From positions 71,527-135,526 of the forward strand of contig CBDEGN010000001.1 of the NCBI GenBank assembly GCA_965237885.1: a stretch of 64,000 nucleotides of DNA, given 5' to 3'. A program made the translations under genes and the position numbers. The notes beneath the pieces were generated by a model. That model had not been told where the DNA came from, ran no database searches, and was given only the letters and a program-made list of their open reading frames with translations. Source of the stretch: Longimicrobiales bacterium (GTDB lineage: Bacteria; Gemmatimonadota; Gemmatimonadetes; Longimicrobiales; Gaopeijiaceae). Positions 38,998 to 47,985 of this stretch are shown piece by piece (positions within the stretch are counted from its first letter, which is position 1; each line of letters starts with the position of its first letter).

Positions 38998-40770
38998 CTA
39001 TTCGGGGATGTGCACGGTCACGAACATGCCTTGTCCCGCTTCCTCGAGGACGAAGGTCTGAGGCTGGGCGGTCCCCTGTGCCGCGATGGCTTCCACGACC
39101 ACGTTGGGGCCGACGGGGACCCGGCAGAAGAGGAAACGCCCGTCCGTGCCGGTGACTTCCTCGTACTGGCGGACACGCTCCTCCACCGTCACCAGGCCCG
39201 CCGCCGGGTCTCCTCCCCCGCGCGGGCTCGACCCTGTGCCGGCGCCGGAGGAATAGGCGTTCCACCCCGTCCAGGTACCGGTGACGGTGGCGCCTCCCAC
39301 GGGGACTCCGGAGACGGCGTTCACCACGCGTCCCCCCAGGAAACCTGTGCCGTCCACCGCTTCTTCCTCCGCGCATGCAGCCCGCAGCACCTCCCGCCGG
39401 GAGGGTGTGAGCAGCCGGAGCGCCGCAACCTCCCCGCGCCGGACCTCCACCTCGATGGGTGGCGCCGCGTAGCCGATCTCGTCGAGCGCCGGATGCAGGT
39501 AGGCGATCCGGTAGACGCCCTCGGTGAGGCCGGTAAGGCGGTATCGCCCGTCCGGCCCGGTCACGGCGGAGTGGTCGGTCCCGTCGGCGAACACGCGCGC
39601 TCCCTCGAGGGGGCGGGTGTGCAGCGAGTCCAGGACGGTGCCCTCGATCACGCCGGTCTCGGATTCGAGGAGCGTCTCCCCTTCCGGGGTGAGGATGCGC
39701 ATGACCAGGGCGCCGGTCTCCCGGATCCCGGCCAGGAAGCGCTGGGGGATGTGGGTGAACGGATTGGGCCGGACGCCGGCCCGGGGCATGCGGATGTACC
39801 ACTCGCGCACCACCCATGTCCCGTTCGGCAGCCCGGTGAACACGACCTTGCCTCCCAGGTGGCGAGAGCGCACGTCGGCGTCCAGATCCGCGTAGCGATA
39901 CTCCATCCACTGGAGCTCGGAGGACTCGGGCTCCAGCCACATGACCCCGCGGATGTCGATGTGGCCGCGGCTCCGCCGCCCCACGGGTTCGAAGGCGAGC
40001 CCGATAAGCCCCTCGGTCTCGTCCTCTCCCTCGCGCACGCGCAGGCAATGGCTGTCGAGGAAGGCGTCCGCGAGCAGCACGTTGGCGTCGGGGGCGTAGT
40101 AGAAGGTGCCGGACTCCTCCTCCTGCACGAAGCCGTCCGTCATGAGCTCCTCGACAGGCCGCGATACGAAGGTCTGCCGCTGCATGAGATCGCTGAAGAT
40201 GCGCTGCTCGTTCTTCACGGTGCGGGCTTCGGGGTCCATATCCCGCTCGTACTTCATGGTGTGGTAGCGGTAGACGGATGTCTCGTCGGTGAAGGCTGCC
40301 GCCGCCAGTGCCTTGCGCGCCTCTTCCCACACCCGCGCCACGTCCAGCCCGCCTTCCGGGCGCAGCACGCAACGGCGCTCGCCCTCGACGGTGATGTTGG
40401 CCAGCACGATGGCCTGCACCGGGACCACCAGGTCGTGGGAGACTGCCGCCCCGGAGGCCAGCTCCAGCGGGGGGGAGGTCGCGCTCGCGTAGCCGATCCG
40501 GTCCGCGCGCAGCGTGTAGGTGCCGGCCCGCGGGGCGCGCAGCACGAAGGCGCCCAGATCGTTGGTGAGGACGCGTCCCGCCTGTGTGCCGGCCGCGTCG
40601 GTGAGCACGATCATGGCTCCGGCGAGGGGCGCGCCGCTGCCCTCCTCCAGCACGCGCCCTCGCACGATCTGGGCGGCGGTGCCGGAAGCGGTGGCGCAGG
40701 CCAGAGCGAGCCAGACCGCGGACGCGAGCAACGTGCTGCAAGCGCGATTCCGTGTTTTGTGTGTCGCCAT
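38998..40770 (-). CDS. Carboxypeptidase-regulatory-like (CarboxypepD_reg) domain protein, secreted
   Basis: Signal peptide, then IVRGRVLEEGSGAPLAGAMIVLTDAAGTQAGRVLTNDLGAFVLRAPRAGTYTLRADRIGY. A second similar domain lies near the C-terminus (IEGTVLDSLHTRPLEGARVFADGTDHSAVTGPDGRYRLTGLTEGVYRI). Confidence 0.65.
   Translation of the reverse strand: MATHKTRNRACSTLLASAVWLALACATASGTAAQIVRGRVLEEGSGAPLAGAMIVLTDAAGTQAGRVLTNDLGAFVLRAPRAGTYTLRADRIGYASATSPPLELASGAAVSHDLVVPVQAIVLANITVEGERRCVLRPEGGLDVARVWEEARKALAAAAFTDETSVYRYHTMKYERDMDPEARTVKNEQRIFSDLMQRQTFVSRPVEELMTDGFVQEEESGTFYYAPDANVLLADAFLDSHCLRVREGEDETEGLIGLAFEPVGRRSRGHIDIRGVMWLEPESSELQWMEYRYADLDADVRSRHLGGKVVFTGLPNGTWVVREWYIRMPRAGVRPNPFTHIPQRFLAGIRETGALVMRILTPEGETLLESETGVIEGTVLDSLHTRPLEGARVFADGTDHSAVTGPDGRYRLTGLTEGVYRIAYLHPALDEIGYAAPPIEVEVRRGEVAALRLLTPSRREVLRAACAEEEAVDGTGFLGGRVVNAVSGVPVGGATVTGTWTGWNAYSSGAGTGSSPRGGGDPAAGLVTVEERVRQYEEVTGTDGRFLFCRVPVGPNVVVEAIAAQGTAQPQTFVLEEAGQGMFVTVHIPE
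39001..39025. repeat. Copy B of the 25-nt direct repeat (TTCGGGGATGTGCACGGTCACGAAC)
   Basis: On the minus strand it encodes the last residues (FVTVHIPE) of the CarboxypepD_reg protein. See copy A. Confidence 0.9.
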
Positions 40771-40866
40771 CGCCTGACCCTCCCGCCTTTCGCGGTACCG
40801 TGACCCCGGTCCCACACTATATTGAGTGAAATCGCCGGTTGTTTCGTTGAGCGCAGGAGGTCCGGA

Positions 40867-43011
40867 ATGTCTGGCCTACCCCATGGATCGCTACACTATT
40901 CCCGCTCGCCTGTCCACTCGGTGAGGTTGCTGGCGGCCTGGCTGGCCGTGGCCGCGTGGCCGCTCGCCGGGCAGGAACGCGGCTTCCTCGCTACCGACTA
41001 CTACCGCATCGTGGACGTTTCGGAGACCGCGATGTCTCCCACCGGTGCGTACGTCGCCTACACGATCACGCGCGTGATCGAGGAGGAAAACCGGCGCCAC
41101 CGCGAGGTGTGGCTGCAGCCACTTTCCGGGATGAGGCCCGACGGCGAAGCGATCCGTTTCTCGGATCCGACGTCGGAGTCGAGTTCTCCGGGATGGTCGC
41201 CGGACGGCAGCCTGCTCTCGTTTCGCTCCCGCCGTGGTGACGACCCCAACCCCATCTGGTTCCTGCGGGTGGACGGGCCGGGCGGGGAGGCCTTCCACAT
41301 CGACGGTGTCGACGGCGCACCGGTGTGGTCGCCGAACGGCCAGAGCATCGCCTTCACCCGGGGCGGGGAGGAGGATGACGATGAGGGCGAAGATGGCAAC
41401 ATCCACATCGCGCCCGACGCAGTCACCGCCACGCTGGACGCGGAGCGCTTCGATGGCCACGTCATCACCGCCATGCGCTACAAGCGCAACGGCGTGCACA
41501 CCCTGCTCCCGCACTACTCGCTGAGCGACAAGACCCAGCTGTACGTGGTGTCCGACGACGGCGGCACCCCGCGCCGGCTCACCGATCTGGACTTCGATGT
41601 GGGCGGGATCGAGTGGTCGCCCGACGGACGGCGCATCTACTTCACCGGCGACGAGCGCCAGGACGACGAGTACAACTCCGAAAACACCAACGACATCTGG
41701 TCGGTGGCGGTCGCGGGCGGGTCGGTGCGCCGGCTCACCACCAACCCGGGCAGCGAGTCCGCGCCGGCGCTTTCGCCCGACGGGGGCTCCATCGCATTCC
41801 TGTCGAGCTCGGCACGCGGCGAGCAGTCCGATATCCTGGTGCAGGAAGTGGGGTCGGACGGCAGCTTTCGCGGCGTGGCCGTGAACCTCACCGCGGAGTG
41901 GGATCTTCAGCCGGGCGCGCCCTCCTGGTCCGCGGACGGCGGCCAGATCCGCTTCTCCGCCGGGATCGGAGGCAACTCCCACTTGCTCGCCATCGCGGTG
42001 GAGGGGGGTGAGATGGGGCAGGTTACCGCCGGCGAGCGGCAGTTGGCCGGCTTTTCCTTCTCCGCGGACGATCGCGTGATGGCGTTCACCGCCACCGACC
42101 CGGTTACGCCGCGCGAGCTCTACGTGGCGGCCGGCGACGGCTCCACCGAGCAGAAGGCGACCGGCTTCAACGACGGCTGGCTCTCAGACATCATTCTCAT
42201 GCCGGCCGAGCGCATCGCCTGGACGATGGACGACGGCACCGAGGTCGAGGGCTGGGTGGTCCGGCCCGTCGGCGAAACCTCGGGACGCAGCTATCCCATG
42301 ATTCTAAAGGTCCACGGGGGGCCGCACGGCGCCTACGGAAATACCTTCTTCCCGACCTTCCACGTGCTCTCCGCGGCGGGCTTCTACGTCCTCTACACCA
42401 ACCCGCGCGGCTCCTCCGGCTACGGGCACGACTTCCAGTACGCGACCGTCGAGCAGTGGGGCATCCTCGACCGCGAGGACTACCTCGCCGGGGTGGATGC
42501 GACGCTGGCGGCGTACCCCGCCATCGACCCGGAGCGCCTGGGTGTCTCGGGCGGAAGCTACGGCGGATTCATGTCCAACTGGCTGACCGCCACCACCGAC
42601 CGCTTCGCGGCCTCGGCGTCGAGCCGCTCCATCACCAACTGGGAGAGCTGGTGGGGCACCTCGGACGCCCAGGGGCTCACCGAGTACGAGTTCGGCGGAA
42701 CGCCCTGGGAAGAGCGCGATCTGTACCGGCGCCTGTCGCCCATCTCCTATGTCGAGAACGTGACCGCGCCCACCCTGCTCATCCACTCGGAACAGGACTG
42801 GCGCACGCCCATGCCCGACGCCGAGCAGTGGTTCATGTCGCTCAAGAAGCTGCAGGTCCCGGTGGAGCTGGTGCGCTATCCCCGCTCCGACCACGGCCTT
42901 TCGCGCACGGGCGAGCCCTGGCTGCTGGTGGACAGGCTGGAGCGCATCCGCAGCTGGATGGTGCACTGGCTGATCGAGGAAGGGGAGACCGTGACCAGCC
43001 AGCGCAGGTAG
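40867..43011 (+). CDS. S9 family serine peptidase (beta-propeller + prolyl oligopeptidase/acylaminoacyl-peptidase catalytic domain)
   Basis: N-terminal WD40-like/TolB-like repeats (PGWSPDGSLLSF, WSPNGQSIAF, WSPDGRRIYF, LSPDGGSIAF). The catalytic nucleophile motif is GGSYGGFM, with a later D and H (PRSDHGL). Confidence 0.85.
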   Translation: MSGLPHGSLHYSRSPVHSVRLLAAWLAVAAWPLAGQERGFLATDYYRIVDVSETAMSPTGAYVAYTITRVIEEENRRHREVWLQPLSGMRPDGEAIRFSDPTSESSSPGWSPDGSLLSFRSRRGDDPNPIWFLRVDGPGGEAFHIDGVDGAPVWSPNGQSIAFTRGGEEDDDEGEDGNIHIAPDAVTATLDAERFDGHVITAMRYKRNGVHTLLPHYSLSDKTQLYVVSDDGGTPRRLTDLDFDVGGIEWSPDGRRIYFTGDERQDDEYNSENTNDIWSVAVAGGSVRRLTTNPGSESAPALSPDGGSIAFLSSSARGEQSDILVQEVGSDGSFRGVAVNLTAEWDLQPGAPSWSADGGQIRFSAGIGGNSHLLAIAVEGGEMGQVTAGERQLAGFSFSADDRVMAFTATDPVTPRELYVAAGDGSTEQKATGFNDGWLSDIILMPAERIAWTMDDGTEVEGWVVRPVGETSGRSYPMILKVHGGPHGAYGNTFFPTFHVLSAAGFYVLYTNPRGSSGYGHDFQYATVEQWGILDREDYLAGVDATLAAYPAIDPERLGVSGGSYGGFMSNWLTATTDRFAASASSRSITNWESWWGTSDAQGLTEYEFGGTPWEERDLYRRLSPISYVENVTAPTLLIHSEQDWRTPMPDAEQWFMSLKKLQVPVELVRYPRSDHGLSRTGEPWLLVDRLERIRSWMVHWLIEEGETVTSQRR

Positions 43012-43023
43012 CGCCGGAGGGGA

Positions 43024-44103
43024 ATGCGCGAGTCCGGGAGAGGCCTGCGCGCGGATCCGGCCCGCATACTCGAAGCGCTTCCGACGGGTCCCGACGCCGG
43101 GCTGCGCATCGGCGCGTCGAGGGAGGGGCGCCCCATCCACGCCTTCCGCTTCGGCTCCGGACCCTTGCGCGTGAGCCTGCTCGGGGGATGCCACGCCGAT
43201 GAGCCCGTGGGGCCGGCGCTACTCCGGCGGCTGTGCGGCTGGCTGGACGGGCTTTCTCCGGATCATCCGATGCTCGAACGTTTCGAGTGGTGGATCGTGC
43301 CGCACGTGAACCCCGACGGCGAGGCGCGCAATCGTCCGTGGCAGGCGAACGGGCTCGCCTTCGAGCTCGGGGAGTACATGGCGCACGTCGTGCGAGAACT
43401 CCCCGGGGACGACATCGAGTTCGGATTTCCCTCGCAGCCTGAAGACGATGGCGCGCGGCCGGAGAATCGCGCGGCGTTCGACTGGTGGCGGAGCACCCGC
43501 GGCGCATTCGACCTGCACGTTTCCCTTCACGGGATGGGGTTCTCGTCGGGTCCCTGGTTCCTCATCGACCCCCACTGGATCGAGCGTACCCAGCCCCTGC
43601 GCGACCGCTGCGCGCAGGCCGTGCGCGACATGGGCTACCGGTTGCACGACGTGGAGAGGGAAGGGGAGAAGGGCTTCGTGCGCATCGCTCCGGGGTTCTG
43701 CACGCGCCCCAACCACAACGCCATGCGCGAGCACTTCCTGGCGCTGGGGGACCAGGCCACCGCCGGCCGCTTCCGCCCCAGCTCGATGGAGGCGGTGCGC
43801 TCGCTGGGGGGCGACACGCTCACGCTGGTGACCGAGATGCCCCTCTTCATCACCCCCGGGGTGGGCGCGACCCTCGGTCCTCCGGATCCGGCGGCAGAGC
43901 GGTGGAAAGCCCGCATCGAGAGGTGGAAGGTGGATCTCGCGAGCGGCCGCACCTCACCCGCCGAGGTCACCCGCGAGGGTGCCCGCCTCGGCATCCGGCC
44001 CATGCCGGTGGAGCACCAGATGAAGCTGCAATGGACGCTGATTGCCGCGGGGCTGGAGACTGTCGCCGGCAGCGGATCGCGGTTGGTGCGGAGCGGCGAA
44101 TGA
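43024..44103 (+). CDS. M14-family zinc carboxypeptidase-like protein
   Basis: The HxxE zinc motif in context (LLGGCHADEPVG) and VPHVNPDGEARN, typical of M14 peptidases. Confidence 0.6.
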   Translation: MRESGRGLRADPARILEALPTGPDAGLRIGASREGRPIHAFRFGSGPLRVSLLGGCHADEPVGPALLRRLCGWLDGLSPDHPMLERFEWWIVPHVNPDGEARNRPWQANGLAFELGEYMAHVVRELPGDDIEFGFPSQPEDDGARPENRAAFDWWRSTRGAFDLHVSLHGMGFSSGPWFLIDPHWIERTQPLRDRCAQAVRDMGYRLHDVEREGEKGFVRIAPGFCTRPNHNAMREHFLALGDQATAGRFRPSSMEAVRSLGGDTLTLVTEMPLFITPGVGATLGPPDPAAERWKARIERWKVDLASGRTSPAEVTREGARLGIRPMPVEHQMKLQWTLIAAGLETVAGSGSRLVRSGE

Positions 44104-45428
44104 CGGGAAACGCGCTGGACCTCGGACGCGACATCTTCGGAGAGCGCCGGTCGATTGCGCTCGACGAACTCGGGAGCGCGGCGATGGTGCTGTCGGCGGC
44201 GGCGGACGCCTGCCACAGAGGCGAGGATCCCTCTCCGCATCGGCCAGACTCGGAGTTCTTCTATCTGACCGGTTTCACCGAGCCCGGTGCCGTGGCGGTC
44301 CTGCGGGGCTTCGCCGATGAACGGCGTTTGGTTCTCTTCGTTCGCCCGCGCGACGCCACTGCGGAGTTGTGGGGCGGGCCGCGGCTCGGTCCCGAAAGAG
44401 CGTGCGAGCAATTGGGCGCGGATGCGTGCTATCCGCTGCCGGAGCTCGAGGCGCAGTTGGGCCCGCTGCTGGCGGGAGCCAGCCACGTTTTCTTCCGGCT
44501 GGGGGCGGATCCATGGGTGAATCGGCTGGTGCGCGGCGCGCTGGCCCTTGCGCGTGCCCGCGGCGCCCGGACCGGGTCGGGGCCGCGCGGCATCATCGAT
44601 CCGGGTGAGATTCTGGACGAGATGCGGTTGTGCAAGGACGCGGGCGAGGTGGAGTCGCTGCGGAGGGCGACCTCGCTTTCCATCGCCGGACACCGTGCCC
44701 TGGCCCGCGAGCTGCGGCCCGGGGTCGGGGAGTGGGAGCTCCAGGCCGCCATCGAAGCGGTGTTCCGCCGGCACGAAGGCTCCACCCCCGCCTACCCGTC
44801 CATAGTCGCCTCGGGCGCGAACGCGTGCGTGCTGCACTACGCCGAGAACGGCCGCCGGGCGCAGGTGGGTGAGCTGGTGCTGGTGGACGCGGCCGCGGAG
44901 GTGGGCCGCTACTGCGCCGATGTGACCCGCACCTATCCGGTGGACGGGCGCTTCACCGCGGAGCAGCGGGCCGTCTACGATATCGTCGACGAGGCACGGG
45001 CGGCCGCGATCGCCGCCGTGGGGCCGGGCGTCTCGGTGGCAGCGGTCCATCAGGCGGCGTGCGCCGTGCTGGCCGACGGGCTGGTTGCGCTGGGCGTCCT
45101 GGCGGAAGGCGAGGTCTCGGGCGAGGAGAGCGGAGCGCTTCGCCGCTACTTCCCCCACCAGACCTCGCACTGGCTGGGGCTCGACACCCACGACGTGGCG
45201 GACTACGCGGTCGACGGCGAGTCGCGGGAACTGGAAGAAGGGATGGTCCTCACGGTAGAGCCGGGGCTCTACTTCCGCGAGGATGTCGAGGGGCCGGCCG
45301 CCCGCTTCGCCGGGATCGGCATCCGCATCGAGGATGATGTGCTGGTGACGCCAACCGGCGTGGAGAACCTCACCGCGGATCTGCCGACGGAGGCCGGGGC
45401 GGTGGAGGCGCTGGTGGGCGCTCGATGA
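44100..45428 (+). CDS. pepP: Xaa-Pro aminopeptidase (M24B)
   Basis: ATGA overlap with the upstream gene. An AMP_N-like N-domain (DSEFFYLTGFTEPGAV). Catalytic motifs are YPSIVASGANACVLHY, LVDAAAEVGRYCADVTRTYP, HQTSHWLGLDTHD, VLTVEPGLY and GIRIEDDVLVT. Confidence 0.85.
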   Translation: MTGNALDLGRDIFGERRSIALDELGSAAMVLSAAADACHRGEDPSPHRPDSEFFYLTGFTEPGAVAVLRGFADERRLVLFVRPRDATAELWGGPRLGPERACEQLGADACYPLPELEAQLGPLLAGASHVFFRLGADPWVNRLVRGALALARARGARTGSGPRGIIDPGEILDEMRLCKDAGEVESLRRATSLSIAGHRALARELRPGVGEWELQAAIEAVFRRHEGSTPAYPSIVASGANACVLHYAENGRRAQVGELVLVDAAAEVGRYCADVTRTYPVDGRFTAEQRAVYDIVDEARAAAIAAVGPGVSVAAVHQAACAVLADGLVALGVLAEGEVSGEESGALRRYFPHQTSHWLGLDTHDVADYAVDGESRELEEGMVLTVEPGLYFREDVEGPAARFAGIGIRIEDDVLVTPTGVENLTADLPTEAGAVEALVGAR

Positions 45429-46285
45429 GCGGAGACCTGCTGGCCCGACTGAGGGCTCCGCAGCCCACCATCACAGTCGAGCTCCGTCCCCCCAGGAGCG
45501 GGCTCTCCTACGCCCTGGGGATGGACGCCTGGATCGACATGTACCACACCCTCGAGCGGCTGGCGCGCGACGACCGCTACATCTTCCTGACCGACAACGC
45601 GGTCGATGCCTCGGAGGAGGAGAGCCTCGGCCACGTCGCCGCCAACCTGGCCCGCGGCGTGCCGGCTTCGCGCATCATCCCCTTCCTGACAGCCAAGCAC
45701 TCGCTGGACTACTGCATGATGTTCGCCCGGCGGGCGGTCTCGAATGGGTGTGAAGCGCTCGCCGTGGTGGGAGGAGACACGAGCGGCCCGCCGCCGCGTT
45801 GCGTCGACCACGGGTACCAGCTGCGCGACCTCATCCGGTGCGAGTTCCCGTCGCTTACGCTGGGGGGATGGGCGAACCCGCATGAGGACCCGGCCGTCCA
45901 GGTCGACTACATTGCGCGCGGCGACTTCGAGGCCGACTTCTTCCTGACCCAGATCGTGTCGCACCACTCGCTGCCCGCGGTGGAGCGCTTTCTGGAGGAA
46001 CTGGATCGCCGAGGCGTCGGCATCCCCGTCATCTTCGGCGTCTTCTTCTACCGCAGCGCGAATCCGGCGACCCTGCGCCGGCTGAGCCGGTTCCTGCCGA
46101 TTCCCGCAGAGGAGATCACGCGCGAGTTCGCCGCCGCCGCGAGCGCCGCGGAGGTCTGCGCGCGCAGCGTCCGGGCGCTGCAGACGGCGGGCGCCCCCAA
46201 CATCTACCTGGCGAATCTGGGCTTCCGGAGCGTGGACCGGCGCTACCGGGCGATCGTGCGGGCGCTGGAGGGGATGGGGGGTTGA
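45425..46285 (+). CDS. Methylenetetrahydrofolate reductase-like (MetF fold) protein
   Basis: 286 aa with TIM-barrel MTHFR-like features (ITVELRPPRS..., ALAVVGGDTS, DFFLTQIVSH, IPVIFGVFFYRS). Divergent, so the function is uncertain. Confidence 0.5.
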   Translation: MSGDLLARLRAPQPTITVELRPPRSGLSYALGMDAWIDMYHTLERLARDDRYIFLTDNAVDASEEESLGHVAANLARGVPASRIIPFLTAKHSLDYCMMFARRAVSNGCEALAVVGGDTSGPPPRCVDHGYQLRDLIRCEFPSLTLGGWANPHEDPAVQVDYIARGDFEADFFLTQIVSHHSLPAVERFLEELDRRGVGIPVIFGVFFYRSANPATLRRLSRFLPIPAEEITREFAAAASAAEVCARSVRALQTAGAPNIYLANLGFRSVDRRYRAIVRALEGMGG

Positions 46286-46367
46286 GGGGGACGCGCAACG
46301 GACCTTGTTGCGCAGTCTGATTCGCCGCGCGACCGTCCGACGACGACAACTGGACTGACGAGGACGA

Positions 46368-47954
46368 GTGATGAAGCGGAAACTCTACATGCTGACACGG
46401 GAATGCCGAGTTGGCGCAGCGATCGGTCTGGTGGCCCTGGTTCCATGGCTCTCCGGCTGCGACGACACCACCACCTCTTCGGGCGCGGAATCCTTCCTCG
46501 TCCGTGGCGCCACGATCGTGGACGGCACGGGGAGTCCCGGCTTCATCGGTTCTCTGCGTGTGGTCGAGGGAGTGATCGCGGAAATGGCCGGCGACGACGG
46601 GGGCGACGCCCTCTCGCCCACAAGCGGCGAGCCGGTCTACGATGCCGGCGGCCTCGTCCTCGCCCCCGGGTTCATCGACACGCACAGCCACCACGACGGC
46701 GGCCTGCTGGACGAGCTCACGGCGCTGGCGGTGGTGAGCCAGGGGATCACGACCATCGTCGCCGGACAGGACGGGGGTTCGCGGTTCCCGATCGGCGACT
46801 TCTTCGCGGCGCTGGAAGAGACCCCGCCCGCGGTCAATGTGGCGTCCTACACCGGGCACGGCACGCTGCGGCGGCAGGTCATGGGCGACGACTTCCGCCG
46901 CGAGGCCAGCGATGAAGAGATCGCGGCGATGCAGGCGCTGCTCGAGACCGAACTCGCGAACGGTGTCCTGGGTCTCTCGACGGGACTGGAGTACGACCCC
47001 GGAATCTACTCGAACACGGACGAAGTGGTCGCGCTCGCGATGACGGCCGCGGCGAGCGGCGGCCGCTACATATCGCACATGCGCAGCGAGGACCGCGCCC
47101 TGCACGGAGCGATCGGGGAGGCGATCGAGATCGCGGAGCGCGCCCGTCTCCCCGTGCAGATCTCCCATTTCAAGCTCGCCGCGCGGGGGCTCTGGGGGCA
47201 GGCCGCGGAGGTGCTGGAGCGGCTCGACGAGGCGCGCGCCGACGGCCTCGACATCACTGCGGACGTGTACCCGTACGAGTACTGGCAGTCCGGCATGACG
47301 GTCCTGTTCCCGGAGCGCGACTTCACCGACCGGGAGGCGGCCCGCTACGCCCTGGAGGAGCTGGTCGCCCCCGAGGGGATGCTGATCGGTCGCTACGGGC
47401 CCGACCCCACCCTGGAAGGGAAGACCCTGGCGGAGATCTCTGCCGAGCGGGGGACGGATCCCGTCACGACCTATCTCGACCTCATCGAGGTGTCACAGGC
47501 CGCGAGAGCGGGCGGCGGGCTGGACGCCGGCGCAAGCATCGTCGCGACCAGCATGACCTTCGACGACATCGCCACGCTGATGTCCTGGCCGCACACCAAC
47601 GTCTCTTCGGACGGGGGGCTGCGCGGCGCGCACCCGCGCGGTTTCGGCACCTACCCGAGGGTGCTGGGGCGCTATGTGCGCGAAGAAGGGCGGCTCAGCC
47701 TCGAGGAGGCGATCCACAAGATGACCGGGCTGGCCGCGGCCCACATGGGACTGTCGGACAGGGGCACGCTCCGAGCCGGCGCGCCCGCCGACCTCGTCCT
47801 CTTCGACCCGGCCACCGTGATCGACCGGTCGACCACGGCCGAGCCGCATCTGACTTCGGTCGGGATCGAGCGTGTGTGGGTGGCGGGAACGGTCGTCTAC
47901 GAGGAGGGGGCGGTGACGGGAGCGCTGCCGGGGAGGGTGCTCAGGCGGCGGTAG
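46368..47954 (+). CDS. N-acyl-D-amino-acid deacylase (D-aminoacylase) family amidohydrolase, lipoprotein
   Basis: Lipobox LSGC. IVDGTG..., metal motif PGFIDTHSHHD, ISHMRSE, QISHFK, and C-terminal GAPADLVLFDP. Confidence 0.8.
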   Translation: MMKRKLYMLTRECRVGAAIGLVALVPWLSGCDDTTTSSGAESFLVRGATIVDGTGSPGFIGSLRVVEGVIAEMAGDDGGDALSPTSGEPVYDAGGLVLAPGFIDTHSHHDGGLLDELTALAVVSQGITTIVAGQDGGSRFPIGDFFAALEETPPAVNVASYTGHGTLRRQVMGDDFRREASDEEIAAMQALLETELANGVLGLSTGLEYDPGIYSNTDEVVALAMTAAASGGRYISHMRSEDRALHGAIGEAIEIAERARLPVQISHFKLAARGLWGQAAEVLERLDEARADGLDITADVYPYEYWQSGMTVLFPERDFTDREAARYALEELVAPEGMLIGRYGPDPTLEGKTLAEISAERGTDPVTTYLDLIEVSQAARAGGGLDAGASIVATSMTFDDIATLMSWPHTNVSSDGGLRGAHPRGFGTYPRVLGRYVREEGRLSLEEAIHKMTGLAAAHMGLSDRGTLRAGAPADLVLFDPATVIDRSTTAEPHLTSVGIERVWVAGTVVYEEGAVTGALPGRVLRRR

Positions 47955-47985
47955 CGAAGCCAGGCGCCTGCTGGGCTCTGCGCGC

